DNA of 64,000 bases from an uncultured delta proteobacterium. GTDB taxonomy: Bacteria; Myxococcota_A; Polyangia; Polyangiales; Ga0077539. A program made the translations under genes and the position numbers. The DNA is taken from contig CAIMWA010000029.1 of NCBI GenBank assembly GCA_903845045.1, positions 32-64,031 on the forward strand. Direction: 5' to 3'. Below, piece by piece: positions 41,513 through 52,300 of the stretch (within the stretch, counting starts at the first letter, position 1; each line of letters begins with the position of its first letter). Below the pieces are notes generated by a model. It saw only the letters and a program-made list of their open reading frames with translations, ran no database searches and had not been told where the DNA came from.

Positions 41513-43498
41513 TCAGCGCGTCGGGTCCTGCATCCACGCCGGGTCGTCCGGGGTGGCCTCCCAGACGCACGGCAGCTGCTGGCCGGGGAACGGGTCGAAG
41601 CAGTCCGGGGCGCCTACGAGGCGCTCGACGACGACGCTCGCGGGGGCTCCCTCGGGCGAGCTGAGGCGCACGGGGTTCGCGGGCAGCGGCCGGTCGGCGA
41701 GCACGCCGGTGACGGCGGTGACCTGCCATCCGCAATGGGCCCGCGCGGCGTTCGGCGGAGGCATGGACGGGTCGCGCGGGAGCGGGACGTCACCGTCCGG
41801 GAGCCACAGGAGCCGCGGCGCGCCCGGCGTCGGACGCAGCGCGAGGGTGTAGACCATGCGGAACGGAGGCTGGAAGTACGCGTCGCCGTACCCGAGCTGC
41901 AGGCGCCGCGAGAAGAGGAACGGCGCGGCGTCCGGGGCCTCCGGGCGGTGGCACGTGCGCGGCGCGACGGCGTCGCCGAGGGTGAGGTCCGGCGTGGTGC
42001 AGACCTCGATGTCGGAGGTGTCGATCCAGGAGTCGACGGCGCTGAGCACGACGCGGTCTCCGCCGGCCACGGGCAGCACCCGCGCGTTGTGCGGGAGCGC
42101 TGGAAGCTCGCCGCCCGGCGCGAGCCACGCACGCCACGCACGCCGGTCGTCGAGGGCCCCGAGGTCGTCGCCGCCGAAGCATGCATACGGCATCACGGCG
42201 TAGGTGACCGGGGTGCATTGCGGGGTCTGGAGCCGACCGAAGACCCGGTCGTAGCACGCGCCCTCGCGGCGCAGCGCGGCCGCCACGACGCGCCCGTCGT
42301 CGTAGGTCCAGACGCGCGGCGGGGGTGGGGCCTCGACGGCGAAGAGCGCGGCCATCGCGGCCAGCGGCGGCAGCGCGAAGGCTGCGGGGCGCAGCGCCGG
42401 TAGCGCGCGCGCGGCCAGCGACGGGAGCGCCGCGGCGAGGGCGCCGGCCATCATGGCGAGCGGTGCGATCACCGGCGCGAGGTACCGCGGGGAGAACTCG
42501 CGATGATCGCGCAGCAGCATCGCCGCAGCCGCGGCCACCGGGAGCACCAGCGCGGCTCCCACGACGGCGCTGCGGAGCGCCGGCCCCGCGCGCACGAACC
42601 GCGGATGCGCCACGCGGCACACGGCGACGAGCACGGCGATGCCCGACGCGATGGCGATGCGCTCGGACCGATCGATGTGGGAGAGGCTGACCGCGAGGGC
42701 CGCGGGCGAGGTGACGAGGGTGGTCGCCGCGTGCGTGGCGAGGGCGAGCGCGGCGAGGGGCACCGGCCACCGCCCGGCCAGCGCGGCGGCGGCGACGAGA
42801 CCCGGGACCAGCGCCGCCCCGGCGACGTGGGTGTTCATCGCGTGCGAGGCGAACACCGCGGCGAGCAGCAGCGCCGGGGTGCGCCGCGTCCGCACGAACA
42901 CGAGGAGCGCGCAGGCGAAGAGCGCCGTCGGAAGGCACGCGGCGCTGGCGTCCACGAGGTTCGACGGTCCCGGGTCGCCGGGACCCGCCGAGGGGCCTCC
43001 GCCGGCGCCGAAGCCCGCGACGGCGAACACCGCGGCAGGAAGCGCTACGGCCGGACGCAGCCACCGCCACGACGTCAGGAACACCAGCCCCGCCGAGACG
43101 GCGGCGAACGCGACGAGGGTGCCCCGCAGCGTCGCCGCGGTGCCGTGCAGCGCTGCGACGACGGTGAGCAGGTGCGGCCAGAGGGCACCGTTGGTGAAGC
43201 CGCGGATGCCCGAGTCGACGCTCGTCAGGTGGCACGTGTCGCGCTGCAGGCAGTCCTGGGCGAGGAGCAGGCCGGTGGTCTGGTCGTGACCGGTCCACGG
43301 GCCGCCGTGGACGTGCGAGAGCCACGCTGCGGCAGCGAGGGCAACGAGGGTGGCGAGTCCGAGGTCCGCCTTGGTGTCGTCGGGGCGCCGCGCGGCGCGC
43401 AAACATGCAGCGGCCAACGCGAGCGCCACGAGCACCGCGACGGCGTGCAGACCCGGCGCGAGGAGCCACGGCGCGATCTCCTGGGGCTGCGGGTTCAT
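41513..43498 (-). CDS. Polytopic integral membrane protein (about 10+ TM) with a C-terminal extracytoplasmic domain; a GT-C-like fold is possible
   Basis: I trimmed the track ORF 41513..43771 to the ATG at 43498 (MNPQPQEIAPWLL). The first 400 aa or so are Ala/Leu/Val-rich TM helices. The last 260 aa or so are soluble and Cys-containing. The ATG overlaps the stop of the upstream lipoprotein gene (ATGA). Confidence 0.7.
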   Translation of the reverse strand: MNPQPQEIAPWLLAPGLHAVAVLVALALAAACLRAARRPDDTKADLGLATLVALAAAAWLSHVHGGPWTGHDQTTGLLLAQDCLQRDTCHLTSVDSGIRGFTNGALWPHLLTVVAALHGTAATLRGTLVAFAAVSAGLVFLTSWRWLRPAVALPAAVFAVAGFGAGGGPSAGPGDPGPSNLVDASAACLPTALFACALLVFVRTRRTPALLLAAVFASHAMNTHVAGAALVPGLVAAAALAGRWPVPLAALALATHAATTLVTSPAALAVSLSHIDRSERIAIASGIAVLVAVCRVAHPRFVRAGPALRSAVVGAALVLPVAAAAAMLLRDHREFSPRYLAPVIAPLAMMAGALAAALPSLAARALPALRPAAFALPPLAAMAALFAVEAPPPPRVWTYDDGRVVAAALRREGACYDRVFGRLQTPQCTPVTYAVMPYACFGGDDLGALDDRRAWRAWLAPGGELPALPHNARVLPVAGGDRVVLSAVDSWIDTSDIEVCTTPDLTLGDAVAPRTCHRPEAPDAAPFLFSRRLQLGYGDAYFQPPFRMVYTLALRPTPGAPRLLWLPDGDVPLPRDPSMPPPNAARAHCGWQVTAVTGVLADRPLPANPVRLSSPEGAPASVVVERLVGAPDCFDPFPGQQLPCVWEATPDDPAWMQDPTR

Positions 43499-43989
43499 CG
43501 ATCCCCTGGCGCCGGGCGCGCGCGCAGCAGGAACGCCACGCCCAGCGCGAGCGACGCCGCGATGGAGAGCGCGATGGCGGCCTCGGGCCTCCGCCGTACG
43601 GCGTTGGAGGCGTCGAAGGTGCCCATCGGCGGCTGCCACGGGTCGAGGGCGAAGGTCCGGTCGAGGAGGCGCGTCGCACGCGTCGGGTCGCGCACCCCGC
43701 TCGCGGGCTCCAGGTGATAGAACCGCGCGCTGCCCTCGCGGGGGCCAGGCCCGACCCCGCGGACGTGCCACGCCTCGCGCACCCCGTCGCAGCGCAGCGT
43801 CAGCTCCGCCGACCGAGGCTGCGAGCCCTCCACGAGGACGGCTTCATCGCAGGGCGGCGTCTCTCGCGCGGCGAGCCGGGCGAGGCGGCGGGCTCCGTCG
43901 CCGAACGGGTCGTCGCGCTGCTCCGGGGCATCGCACCCCGCCACCGTCGCGACCACGAGGAGCGCGGAGAATGCACGAAAACGGCTCAT
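43495..43989 (-). CDS. Small lipoprotein with a C-terminal TM anchor, translationally coupled to the downstream membrane protein
   Basis: The ATG is at 43989 (MSRFRAFSALLVVATVAGC), giving a lipobox. The C-terminal hydrophobic helix is AAIALSIAASLALGVAFLL. There is a 4-nt ATGA overlap with the next gene. Confidence 0.7.
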   Translation of the reverse strand: MSRFRAFSALLVVATVAGCDAPEQRDDPFGDGARRLARLAARETPPCDEAVLVEGSQPRSAELTLRCDGVREAWHVRGVGPGPREGSARFYHLEPASGVRDPTRATRLLDRTFALDPWQPPMGTFDASNAVRRRPEAAIALSIAASLALGVAFLLRARPAPGDR

Positions 43990-44100
43990 CCGCAGGCTCG
44001 CCGAGCACGCTCGCACGGAGCGCGCGGGAGCGTCAACGCCGCGAGGCTGGCCGTCGCCGCCGCGGGGTGATAGCGAAGAAGGGTGCGACGGACGGCAGTG

Positions 44101-44913
44101 ATGCAAGGAGTCTTCGGGGGCGCGGCGCTGGTCGTGCTTCTCGGGTCGACGATGATCGCGGGGTGCACCGTGGAGCCGTGCCCCGGCGATGCCGCGGTCG
44201 ATGCGGCCGACGCGGCACCGGCGCTCGATGCGGTCGTCGCGCCCGATCGCGGGTTCGTCGTCGATGCCCCGGCGGCGAACGACGGCGTCGCGGTGACGGA
44301 CGCCGGCACACCCACGGATGCTCCCATGATCGGCGACGGCGGCTCGGCGCCGGACGTCGTGGGTCCGATCGACGCGGGCGTTCCCATCGACGTCGTCGCC
44401 GCGACGGACGGGGCGCCGACGGACGTCGCGTCCACCGGCGACGCCGGAGCGCTGTGTCACTTCCCGGTGGCGGGTCGCGGGTGCGCCATGCTCGCCCAGG
44501 TCGGGTCGCCGGTGACGGAGATGCAGGTCGCGACGGCCCCGCCGGCGACGACCGCGGGATGGTACCCCGCGGGGCTCTACGTGCTCACGGCGGCCACGGT
44601 GTACACCGGAGTCGGCGGCGCGTCGGGGCCCAGCGGCGCGCGCTACGCGGGCACCCTCGACCTCCATGGCATGGGCTCCGTGGACTACTACCAGGGCGTG
44701 CAGACGCAGCCCGGGTGCGCCGACGTGTCGTACGCGTTCCACGGCGACACCTTCGGCGGCTCGACCTCGCTCCACGACGTGGGCTGGACGTGCCCGCCGT
44801 GCCCGACGTGCGCGACGGCGCTGGCCTACACCGGCACGCTGACCACGTTCACGATGTACCTCCCGCAGGCCGACGGGAGCACGCTCGCGCAGGAGTTCAC
44901 GGTACGTCCGTGA
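44101..44913 (+). CDS. Hypothetical secreted lipoprotein with a D/A/V/P/G linker
   Basis: MQGVFGGAALVVLLGSTMIAGC gives a lipobox. An acidic linker follows (DAADAAPALDAVV...TDAGTPTDAP...), then a globular domain of about 150 aa with CPPCPTC. A GTG at 44083 is an alternative start. Confidence 0.7.
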   Translation: MQGVFGGAALVVLLGSTMIAGCTVEPCPGDAAVDAADAAPALDAVVAPDRGFVVDAPAANDGVAVTDAGTPTDAPMIGDGGSAPDVVGPIDAGVPIDVVAATDGAPTDVASTGDAGALCHFPVAGRGCAMLAQVGSPVTEMQVATAPPATTAGWYPAGLYVLTAATVYTGVGGASGPSGARYAGTLDLHGMGSVDYYQGVQTQPGCADVSYAFHGDTFGGSTSLHDVGWTCPPCPTCATALAYTGTLTTFTMYLPQADGSTLAQEFTVRP

Positions 44914-45775
44914 GGGCGGTCCCGCGACCGAGGCGGGCGAACTCCTCGGTCCACCGGAGCACCACCCGCGCGGTGCGGTCGCAGTCGTCGAGGTGGGCGC
45001 AGTGCCCGATGCCGCGCACGACCTCGACGCGTCCGTGCGGCGGCAGGTGGGCCTCGAAGAACGCCCGGCCGCTCGCAGGGAACACGCGCTCCTCGGCGCC
45101 CCAGAGCACCCGCGTCGGCACCCGCAGTCCCCGAAGCTCCGCCGCGGTGACGGCGTGCTCCGGGGTGATCGCAGCGAGAAGCTCGCGCATCGCGGGGCGG
45201 CGGAACCCGGCGTGGATGCCCGCGGCGTACACCTGCCGCATCGCGCCGGGCCGCACCATCACGCGGTCGACGAAGGCGAGGGCGTCGGCCCGCGAGCGCA
45301 CCTCGAAGAGGCGCTTGAGGCCGGCGAGCTCCGCGGGGGTCATCGGGGCGCCGCCGGGCGCGATGAGCGCGAGGCCCCGCACGCGCTCGGGCCGGTCGAG
45401 GGCGTAGCGCAGCGCCACCGCGCCGCCCATGGAATTGCCCACGAACACCGCGGGCTCGACGACGGTCGCGTCGAGGGCCTCGCGCAGGCCCTGGTAGAGC
45501 GCGTCGGGGTCGAGCTGCGGGGGTACGTCGGAGAAGCCGTGGGCCGGGAGGTCCGGCGCGACGACGAGCCCGGCTGCGGAGCGAAAGCGCTCGAGCAGCG
45601 GTCCGTAGTGGCAGCCCGCCGACGTGAACCCGTGCAGGAACACCATCGTCGGCAGCACGCCGGCGCCCGCGGCCTCGAGCAGGTGCACGGCGCCCGCGGA
45701 CGTCGGGACGTGCCGGCTTCGCCAGCCGCGCAGGCCGAGTCCGAGGCGCGTCGCGTGTTCGGTGAGTCCTGCCAT
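44897..45775 (-). CDS. Alpha/beta-fold hydrolase
   Basis: MVFLHGF is an oxyanion-region motif. The nucleophile elbow is GNSMGG. The C-terminus has GHCAHLDD (catalytic His). The 3' end overlaps the convergent gene by 17 bp. Confidence 0.85.
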   Translation of the reverse strand: MAGLTEHATRLGLGLRGWRSRHVPTSAGAVHLLEAAGAGVLPTMVFLHGFTSAGCHYGPLLERFRSAAGLVVAPDLPAHGFSDVPPQLDPDALYQGLREALDATVVEPAVFVGNSMGGAVALRYALDRPERVRGLALIAPGGAPMTPAELAGLKRLFEVRSRADALAFVDRVMVRPGAMRQVYAAGIHAGFRRPAMRELLAAITPEHAVTAAELRGLRVPTRVLWGAEERVFPASGRAFFEAHLPPHGRVEVVRGIGHCAHLDDCDRTARVVLRWTEEFARLGRGTALTDVP

Positions 45776-45921
45776 GGGTTCCGTCGTCGGTGTGCCGGAG
45801 CTTCCTCGGATCGCCCCTCGGAGGCCAGAAATGGGGTGTTCGCCGACAGCGCCCTTGCCCCGGCGCCGCGGGTGGCGCTTGACTACGCCGCCGCGGGCCA
45901 GGGTCCGAGGCCGCGCCGCCG

Positions 45922-47685
45922 ATGTCCGAACCGCCTGCCTCGCGTCGCTCCCGCCGCCCTCGTCGCGCCCGATCGCGGAGCACCGACGCCGCTCCGCGTG
46001 CGCCGCGCTGGTTGCCGTGGGTGCCGGGGCTCGCCGCGGTGGCGACGTACGCGAACGCCGTCGTCGATCTCCTGGTCTTCGACGACCGATCGTCGCTCCC
46101 GGTGCCGCTGCGTGCCGGCGACGGCTTCACTGCTTCGGTGTTGCGGGCGTTTCGCGACAACCCGTGGGACTCCGTGCGCCAGGGCGTCGATCCGTACCGG
46201 CCGCTCGCGACGGCGACGCTGCTCGCCGACCGCGCGATCTGGGGCGTCGCGCCGCGGGCGTTCCATGCGACCACCGTCGCGCTCCACGCCGCGGCGTCGG
46301 TGCTGGTGTTCGTCGTCGCGCGGGCGCTCCTCGGCTCCCGGGCCTGGATCGGTCCGCTCGTGGCGTCGGTGCTCTTCGCGGTGCACCCGCTGCACTCCGA
46401 GGTGGTCGACTGCGCGTACAACCGCTCGGAGATCCTCGCGACGCTGGGCGTGCTCGGCGCCCTGTGGCTCGTGGCGCGCGCCTCCCCGCGGGACCGCCCT
46501 CGGGCGTGGCTCGGCGCCGGAGCGCTCTACGCCGCGGCGCTGTGCTGCAAGGAGAGCGCGGCGACGCTGCCCGCGCTGCTGGGACTGTGGATGGTGCTCC
46601 GCGCTCCGGACCAGCCCCTGCGCGAGCGCCTCCGCGCGGCGGCGCCGAGCCTCGCCGGTGCGGGCGTGCTGGCGTCGTACCTCGCGCTGCGCTTCGGCTG
46701 GGCGCGATACCCGACGGCTCCGCGGCCGGCGCGGGTGCTCGACCCCGAAGCGCTCGCGCAGACCCTCGCGGCGGCGCGCGACGGGCTCCGCTGGACCCTC
46801 TGGCCGGACCCGCTCTGCGTCGCCCGCGTCGACTACCCCGCCGACGCCGTGCCCGTGGCGGTGGTGGTGCTCGGCGCGCTGCTCGCGGTCGCGTGGCGCC
46901 TGCGCGCGCGGCTCCCCGTCGTGACCTACGGGCTGCTGTTCTACGTCGTGGCGTTCGTGCCGTCGTCGCCGCTTGTGACGCGCCTCGCGAGCGCTCAGCC
47001 CGTGGCCGAGCGGTACTTCTATCTCCCCACCGCGGGCCTCGCCATCGCCCTCGCCGCGGCGCTCGGGTCCCTCTCGCGTCGGGTTCGTCCGGCGGCGGTG
47101 CTGGCTCCCGCGGCGGTGCTCTGCGTACTGCTCGCGGGCGTCACCCGGGCGCGCAACGAGGTGTGGCACGACGAGGTCCGGCTCCTCACGGCCAACGCCG
47201 ACGCGCAGCCCGGCAGCGGCGGGGCGCTGCTGTTCCTCATGAACACCGTGCGGTATTTCCGCGGCGAGCGCGCGATGCTCGCGCTGTGCAACGCGCACCG
47301 CGACGAGGCGGGGCTCCGGAGCGCGCAGTTCTACGTGCGCTGCGCGGGTGAGTTCGACGCGCGGGGCGACGCCGACGCGGCCGAGGCGTTCCACCGTCGC
47401 GCGGTCGAGTCCGAGCCGACGGAGGTCGCGCGCTACACCTACGCGCGGATCCTCGCGCGCCGGGGTCGCATCGCCGAGGCCGACGCCCAGTACCGCGCGG
47501 CGCTCGAGACGATGACCGAACCCGCGCGGAGGCACACGTTCCGCGGCGAGTGGCTCTTCAAGTGCCACCCCGAGCAGCTCGCCGAGGCCCTCGCCGAGGA
47601 GGACGCCGCGCTCGCCGCGGACCCCCGCAACGCCATCGCCAAGGACCTTCGCCGCCGCATCGCCGCGGCCCTCGGCGCTCCCTAG
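45922..47685 (+). CDS. TMTC-like GT-C membrane protein (PMT_2/DUF1736-type N-terminal domain plus C-terminal TPR)
   Basis: YANAVVDLLVFDDRSSL, YRPLATATLLADRAIWGVAPRAFHATTVALHAAASVLVF and FLPSSPL..........ERYFYLP fit, from memory, the bacterial TMTC/PMT_2-like family pattern. The C-terminal 150 aa or so are TPR-like. Confidence 0.75.
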   Translation: MSEPPASRRSRRPRRARSRSTDAAPRAPRWLPWVPGLAAVATYANAVVDLLVFDDRSSLPVPLRAGDGFTASVLRAFRDNPWDSVRQGVDPYRPLATATLLADRAIWGVAPRAFHATTVALHAAASVLVFVVARALLGSRAWIGPLVASVLFAVHPLHSEVVDCAYNRSEILATLGVLGALWLVARASPRDRPRAWLGAGALYAAALCCKESAATLPALLGLWMVLRAPDQPLRERLRAAAPSLAGAGVLASYLALRFGWARYPTAPRPARVLDPEALAQTLAAARDGLRWTLWPDPLCVARVDYPADAVPVAVVVLGALLAVAWRLRARLPVVTYGLLFYVVAFVPSSPLVTRLASAQPVAERYFYLPTAGLAIALAAALGSLSRRVRPAAVLAPAAVLCVLLAGVTRARNEVWHDEVRLLTANADAQPGSGGALLFLMNTVRYFRGERAMLALCNAHRDEAGLRSAQFYVRCAGEFDARGDADAAEAFHRRAVESEPTEVARYTYARILARRGRIAEADAQYRAALETMTEPARRHTFRGEWLFKCHPEQLAEALAEEDAALAADPRNAIAKDLRRRIAAALGAP

Positions 47686-49124
47686 GAACGCCGTCGCCGC
47701 CGCCGCGACCACAGCGCCAGGGCCGTCGCGAGCAACGCCGCGCCGCGACCGTCCGCGGCCGTGGAGACGTGACATCCGCAGCCTCCCGAGGTCGTCGTCG
47801 AAGGCGCACCGGCGTCACGCAGCCCCGCGTCGAAGCCGGCGTCGGCGGCGTCGGGGATGCCGGCGTCGGCGGGCGTCGTCGCGGTGTCTACGGCCGGAGC
47901 GCCGGCGTCGCGCGCGGCGGGTCCGAGGTCCGTCGGGGGCGCGGGCGCGTCGGCGCCGGCGTCGAGGTACACGGGCGTCGGCGGCGCGCCGGCCTCGGTG
48001 GTGCGCAGCGGCCTCGAGACCGTGTCCCAACGCGGCCCGCAGAGCGTCGTCACCGGCGACGACGCAGGGCACTCCGCCGACGGACCTTGGAGCGTACGCA
48101 GCGAGAGGAGCGGCGCGATGTGGTCGCCCGCGTCCGCGGACCACCCGAGGGACCACCCGTCGACGACCTCGTCGGCGCACACGAAGAGCACGCCGGCGTG
48201 GTAGCGCAGGCACTTCACCGAGACGCTGCCGCCGACGCGCGTCCAGGGCCCGCCGGCGACGGAGCGCTGCAGCCCCTCGGTCGCGTCGGTGCTCGCGGTC
48301 CACACGGTGCGCCCGTCGTCGGAGAGCGCGAAGCCGAGCATGGTGCCGCGGGTCGCGCCGATGCCGCGCAGCGTGAAGCCGCCGTCGTCGCTCTCGAAGA
48401 GCACCGTGCCGAGCCCGTCGTTGCCGCGGAGGTAGAGCACGTCGGGCCGGTGCGCATCGACGCCGGCGACGTACACGCTGCCGTCGACGCCGAAGGTCCG
48501 CGTGACCTCGTGCACCGACATGCCGCCGTCGTCGCTGCGAAGGAGCACCGCCACGCCGCCGGACGCATACGCGGTCACGTAAACCCTCCGCGGGTCCGAC
48601 GGGGCGACGTCGACGGTCTCGCCGAAGAACCCGTGGAGCCCGGCGCCCGCGCTCCAGCTCTGTCCGCCGTCGGCCGAGACGTAGAGCGCGTTCTCGCCCG
48701 ACGGGCCCAGCAGCGCCACGAGGTGCGTGCCATCGGCGGTGTTCGCGAGGTCGCCGAAGCCCTGCGCCGGCGCCCCGGCAGCCGCCGGCCACGCGCAGTA
48801 CGGCGACGCGCTCGCGAAGAGGCCCGCGAAGGTCGCCACCACCGCGGTGCCCCCAGCGCCGATGGCGAGCGACGGGTCCCCGGAGCCCGCCGAGGCGAAG
48901 GCCTCCTCGCACACCCAGGACCAGTCGCGCCCGCCGTTGCGCGAGACCTGCAGCCCGAAGGTCGTGCGGAGCAGCAGCACGTCGTTCGTCGCGCCCGGTC
49001 CAGCGACGAAGTAGTTCGCCGCCGGAAAGCGGCCGTTGGCCTCCGCCGCGGACGCTCCGAGGACGCTCAGCGCTGCGACGCAAACCTTGAAAAACACGGA
49101 GAACCGACGCGCGGCGGGCTGCAT
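47682..49124 (-). CDS. Secreted BNR/Asp-box beta-propeller protein with a MYXO-CTERM-like sorting tail
   Basis: I trimmed the track ORF 47682..50906 to the ATG at 49124 (MQPAARRFSVFFKVCVAALSVLGASAAEA), giving a signal peptide. Asp-box motifs: SRNGGRDWS, SADGGQSWS, RSDDGGMSV, ESDDGGFTL, LSDDGRTVW. The tail is SGGCGCHV..GAALLATALALWSRRRRRRS. Confidence 0.85.
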   Translation of the reverse strand: MQPAARRFSVFFKVCVAALSVLGASAAEANGRFPAANYFVAGPGATNDVLLLRTTFGLQVSRNGGRDWSWVCEEAFASAGSGDPSLAIGAGGTAVVATFAGLFASASPYCAWPAAAGAPAQGFGDLANTADGTHLVALLGPSGENALYVSADGGQSWSAGAGLHGFFGETVDVAPSDPRRVYVTAYASGGVAVLLRSDDGGMSVHEVTRTFGVDGSVYVAGVDAHRPDVLYLRGNDGLGTVLFESDDGGFTLRGIGATRGTMLGFALSDDGRTVWTASTDATEGLQRSVAGGPWTRVGGSVSVKCLRYHAGVLFVCADEVVDGWSLGWSADAGDHIAPLLSLRTLQGPSAECPASSPVTTLCGPRWDTVSRPLRTTEAGAPPTPVYLDAGADAPAPPTDLGPAARDAGAPAVDTATTPADAGIPDAADAGFDAGLRDAGAPSTTTSGGCGCHVSTAADGRGAALLATALALWSRRRRRRS

Positions 49125-49326
49125 CGCGACGGCACGATCCCACGGTGCGGACGCAGCGGAGGTCCAATTCGTCGCGCGCTCGGTGTGGCCCACCTGCACC
49201 CACATCGCGTCGTCAGCGCGGCCATTGTTGGAGGTCCACCCAGGCTTCTCTGCGCGGGCAATTCGCGGTATTCCGCGAGGACTCGGCCTGCGCGCAGCGA
49301 GCGCGCACGCCGCGGGAGGCTTGCGC

Positions 49327-52300
49327 ATGAATAGACGCTTCAACGGTAGACTGTGGGAGGCCGCTACACTGGTCGCGGCGATGGTGTTGGCGAGCTGTAC
49401 CGGCGACTCCGTCGTCGGCGAGCGCACCGGAATGGACGCCGGCGCGGACATCGCCTGCACGGGGTCGGCGACGCGGTGCGGAGCGACCTGCGTCGACACG
49501 CGCAGCGACACCGCGAACTGCGGCGCCTGCGGCAACGCCTGCGGCGCGTCGATGCTCTGCACCAACGGCACGTGCCAGCTCTCGTGCCCCGGCGGCGCGA
49601 CGGCGTGCAGCGGCACCTGCGTGAACGTGCAGACCGACAACGCCAACTGCGGCCGCTGCGGCCAGGCCTGCGCCGGCGGCCAGGTGTGCAGCCTCGGACG
49701 GTGCTCGCTGACGTGCGCTTCGACGTTGGCGACGTGCGGCGGCGGCGACGCCGGGGCCGACGCGGGCTCGACGCAGCGCTGCGCGGACCTCACCACGGAC
49801 AACAACAACTGCGGCGCCTGCGGCACCGTGTGCCCCTCGGGGCAGCGCTGCCTCGACCGGCACTGCCAGGTCTCCTGCGCCGTCGGCCAGACCACGTGCA
49901 ACGGCACGTGCCGCGACCTGCAGACCGACAACAACAACTGCGGCGCGTGCGGGAACGCCTGCCTCGCGGGCACGACGTGCACCGCCGGGGTCTGCGCGGT
50001 GTCGTGCTCGGCCGCCCTCACGCAGTGCGGAAGCACCTGCGTCAACCTGCAGACCGACAACGACAACTGCGGCAACTGCGGCCTCGCCTGCGCCTCCGGG
50101 CAGGTCTGCTCCCGCGGCACCTGCGCGACGAGCTGCGCCACGTCGCTCGCGACGTGTCCGTCGACGGACGGCGCGTACTGCGCGAACACCGCCGTCGATC
50201 CGGCCAACTGCGGCATGTGCGGCCGCGCCTGCTCCCTCCCGCACACCACCACCGCCGGCTGCTCCGCGGGATCGTGCAGCGTCGTGCGCTGCGCGACGGG
50301 CTTCGGTGACTGCGACGGCGACCCGTCGAACGGCTGCGAGAGCAGCACCACCGACAACGTGAGCAACTGCGGCGCCTGCGGACGCGCGTGCGTCCTTCCG
50401 CACGCGTCGGCGATGTGCGCGGCGAGCACCTGCGCCATCGGCGCCTGCGCGCCCGGCTTCGCGGACTGCGACGGCGTCGCCGCCAACGGCTGCGAGGTCA
50501 ACACGCAGGCCGACAACGGCAACTGCGGCACCTGCGGCACGAGCTGCCCGGCCGGCCAGGTCTGCTCCGGCGGCACCTGCGGAACCACCTGCGCCGCCCC
50601 GCTGACGGCGTGCACCGGCTCGGCGTCGGCGTACTGCGCCAACACGCAGAACGACCCGACGAATTGCGGCGCCTGCGGCCGCGGCTGCGCCCTCGCGCAC
50701 ACCGCCGTGACGACCTGCGCCAGCGGCGGCTGCGCCGTCGCGAGCTGCTCCATGGGCTTCGCGGACTGCGACCACGACGCGACGACGGGCTGCGAGGCGA
50801 GCCTCCTCACCGACACCGCGAACTGCGGCGCGTGCGGCCGTCTCTGCGTCCTCGCCAACGCGGCCTCGACGTGCTCGTCGGGCGCGTGCGCGGTCACCAC
50901 GTGCAACGCCGGCTACGCGGACTGCAACGCCATGGCGGCGGACGGCTGCGAGGTGAACACGCAGACCGACAACGCGAACTGCGGCGCGTGCGGCACCACC
51001 TGCGGGGCCGGCCAGGTGTGCTCCGGCGGCATGTGCCGAACCACCTGCGCGTCGCCGCTGGCGACCTGCGGCACGGGCTCGGCGCAGTTCTGCGCGAACA
51101 CCTCCATCGACCCGTCGAACTGCGGCGCGTGCGGCACCGCCTGCGCGCTGCCGAACGTCGCGGCGAACGGCTGCGCGAGCGGCGCCTGCACCGTGCACGT
51201 GTGCAACGCGTCCTTCGGTGACTGCGACGGCACCGCGGCGAACGGCTGCGAGTCGAACCTCCAGGCGGACGAGGCGAACTGCGGCACCTGCGGCCACCTC
51301 TGCGCGCTGCCCAACGCGGCGTCGACCTGCATGGGCGGGAGCTGCGCCCTCGGGGCGTGCTCCGTGGGCTTCGCGAACTGCGACGGCAGCGGCGCCAACG
51401 GCTGCGAGGTGAACACCAACACCGACAACGGCAACTGCGGCGCGTGCGGGACCTCGTGCCCCGCGGGCCAGGTGTGCTCGAGCGGCCACTGCACCACGAC
51501 CTGCGCGTCGCCCCTCGCGACCTGCGGCACGGGCTCGGCGCAGTACTGCGCGGCGACGGCCAGCGACCCGGCGAACTGCGGCTCGTGCGGGACCACCTGC
51601 GCGCTCGCGCACGCGTCCAACAGCGGCTGCAACGCCGGCGGCTGCGTGGTCATCGGGTGCCTCACGGGCTTCGCGAACTGCAACGCGGCCGCGTCCGACG
51701 GCTGCGAGGCGAACCTCAACACCGACATCGCGAACTGCGGCGCCTGCGGCCGCGCGTGCGTCGGCACGCAGACCTGCGTCGGCGGGACGTGCACCTGCGG
51801 CGCCGGCCGCACCCTCTGCGGCAGCACCTGCGTGAACACCGCGACGGACTCGTCGAACTGCGGCGTCTGCGGGCACGCGTGCGCGCTCTCCAACGCGACC
51901 AGCGCGTGCACCGCCAGCGCCTGCGCGATCACCGCGTGCGGCACCGGCTTCGCCAACTGCGACAGCGACCCGACGAACGGCTGCGAGATCAACACGCAGA
52001 CCGACAGCGGCAACTGCGGCGGCTGCGGCGTCACCTGCGGCGCCGGTCAGGTCTGCTCCCGCGGCGCATGCACCACGACGTGCGCGGCGCCGCTGAGCAC
52101 CTGCGGCACTGCCCCGGCGCAGTACTGCGCGAACGTGTCGGTGGACCCGGCGAACTGCGGCAGCTGCGGCAACGTCTGCACGCTGGCCCACGCGACCGAG
52201 GGCTGCGGCGGCGGAGCCTGCACCGTGCAGCGCTGCGACGCCGGCTTCGGCGACTGCGACAACGTCGCCAGCACGGGCTGCGAGGCCAACCTGAACACCA

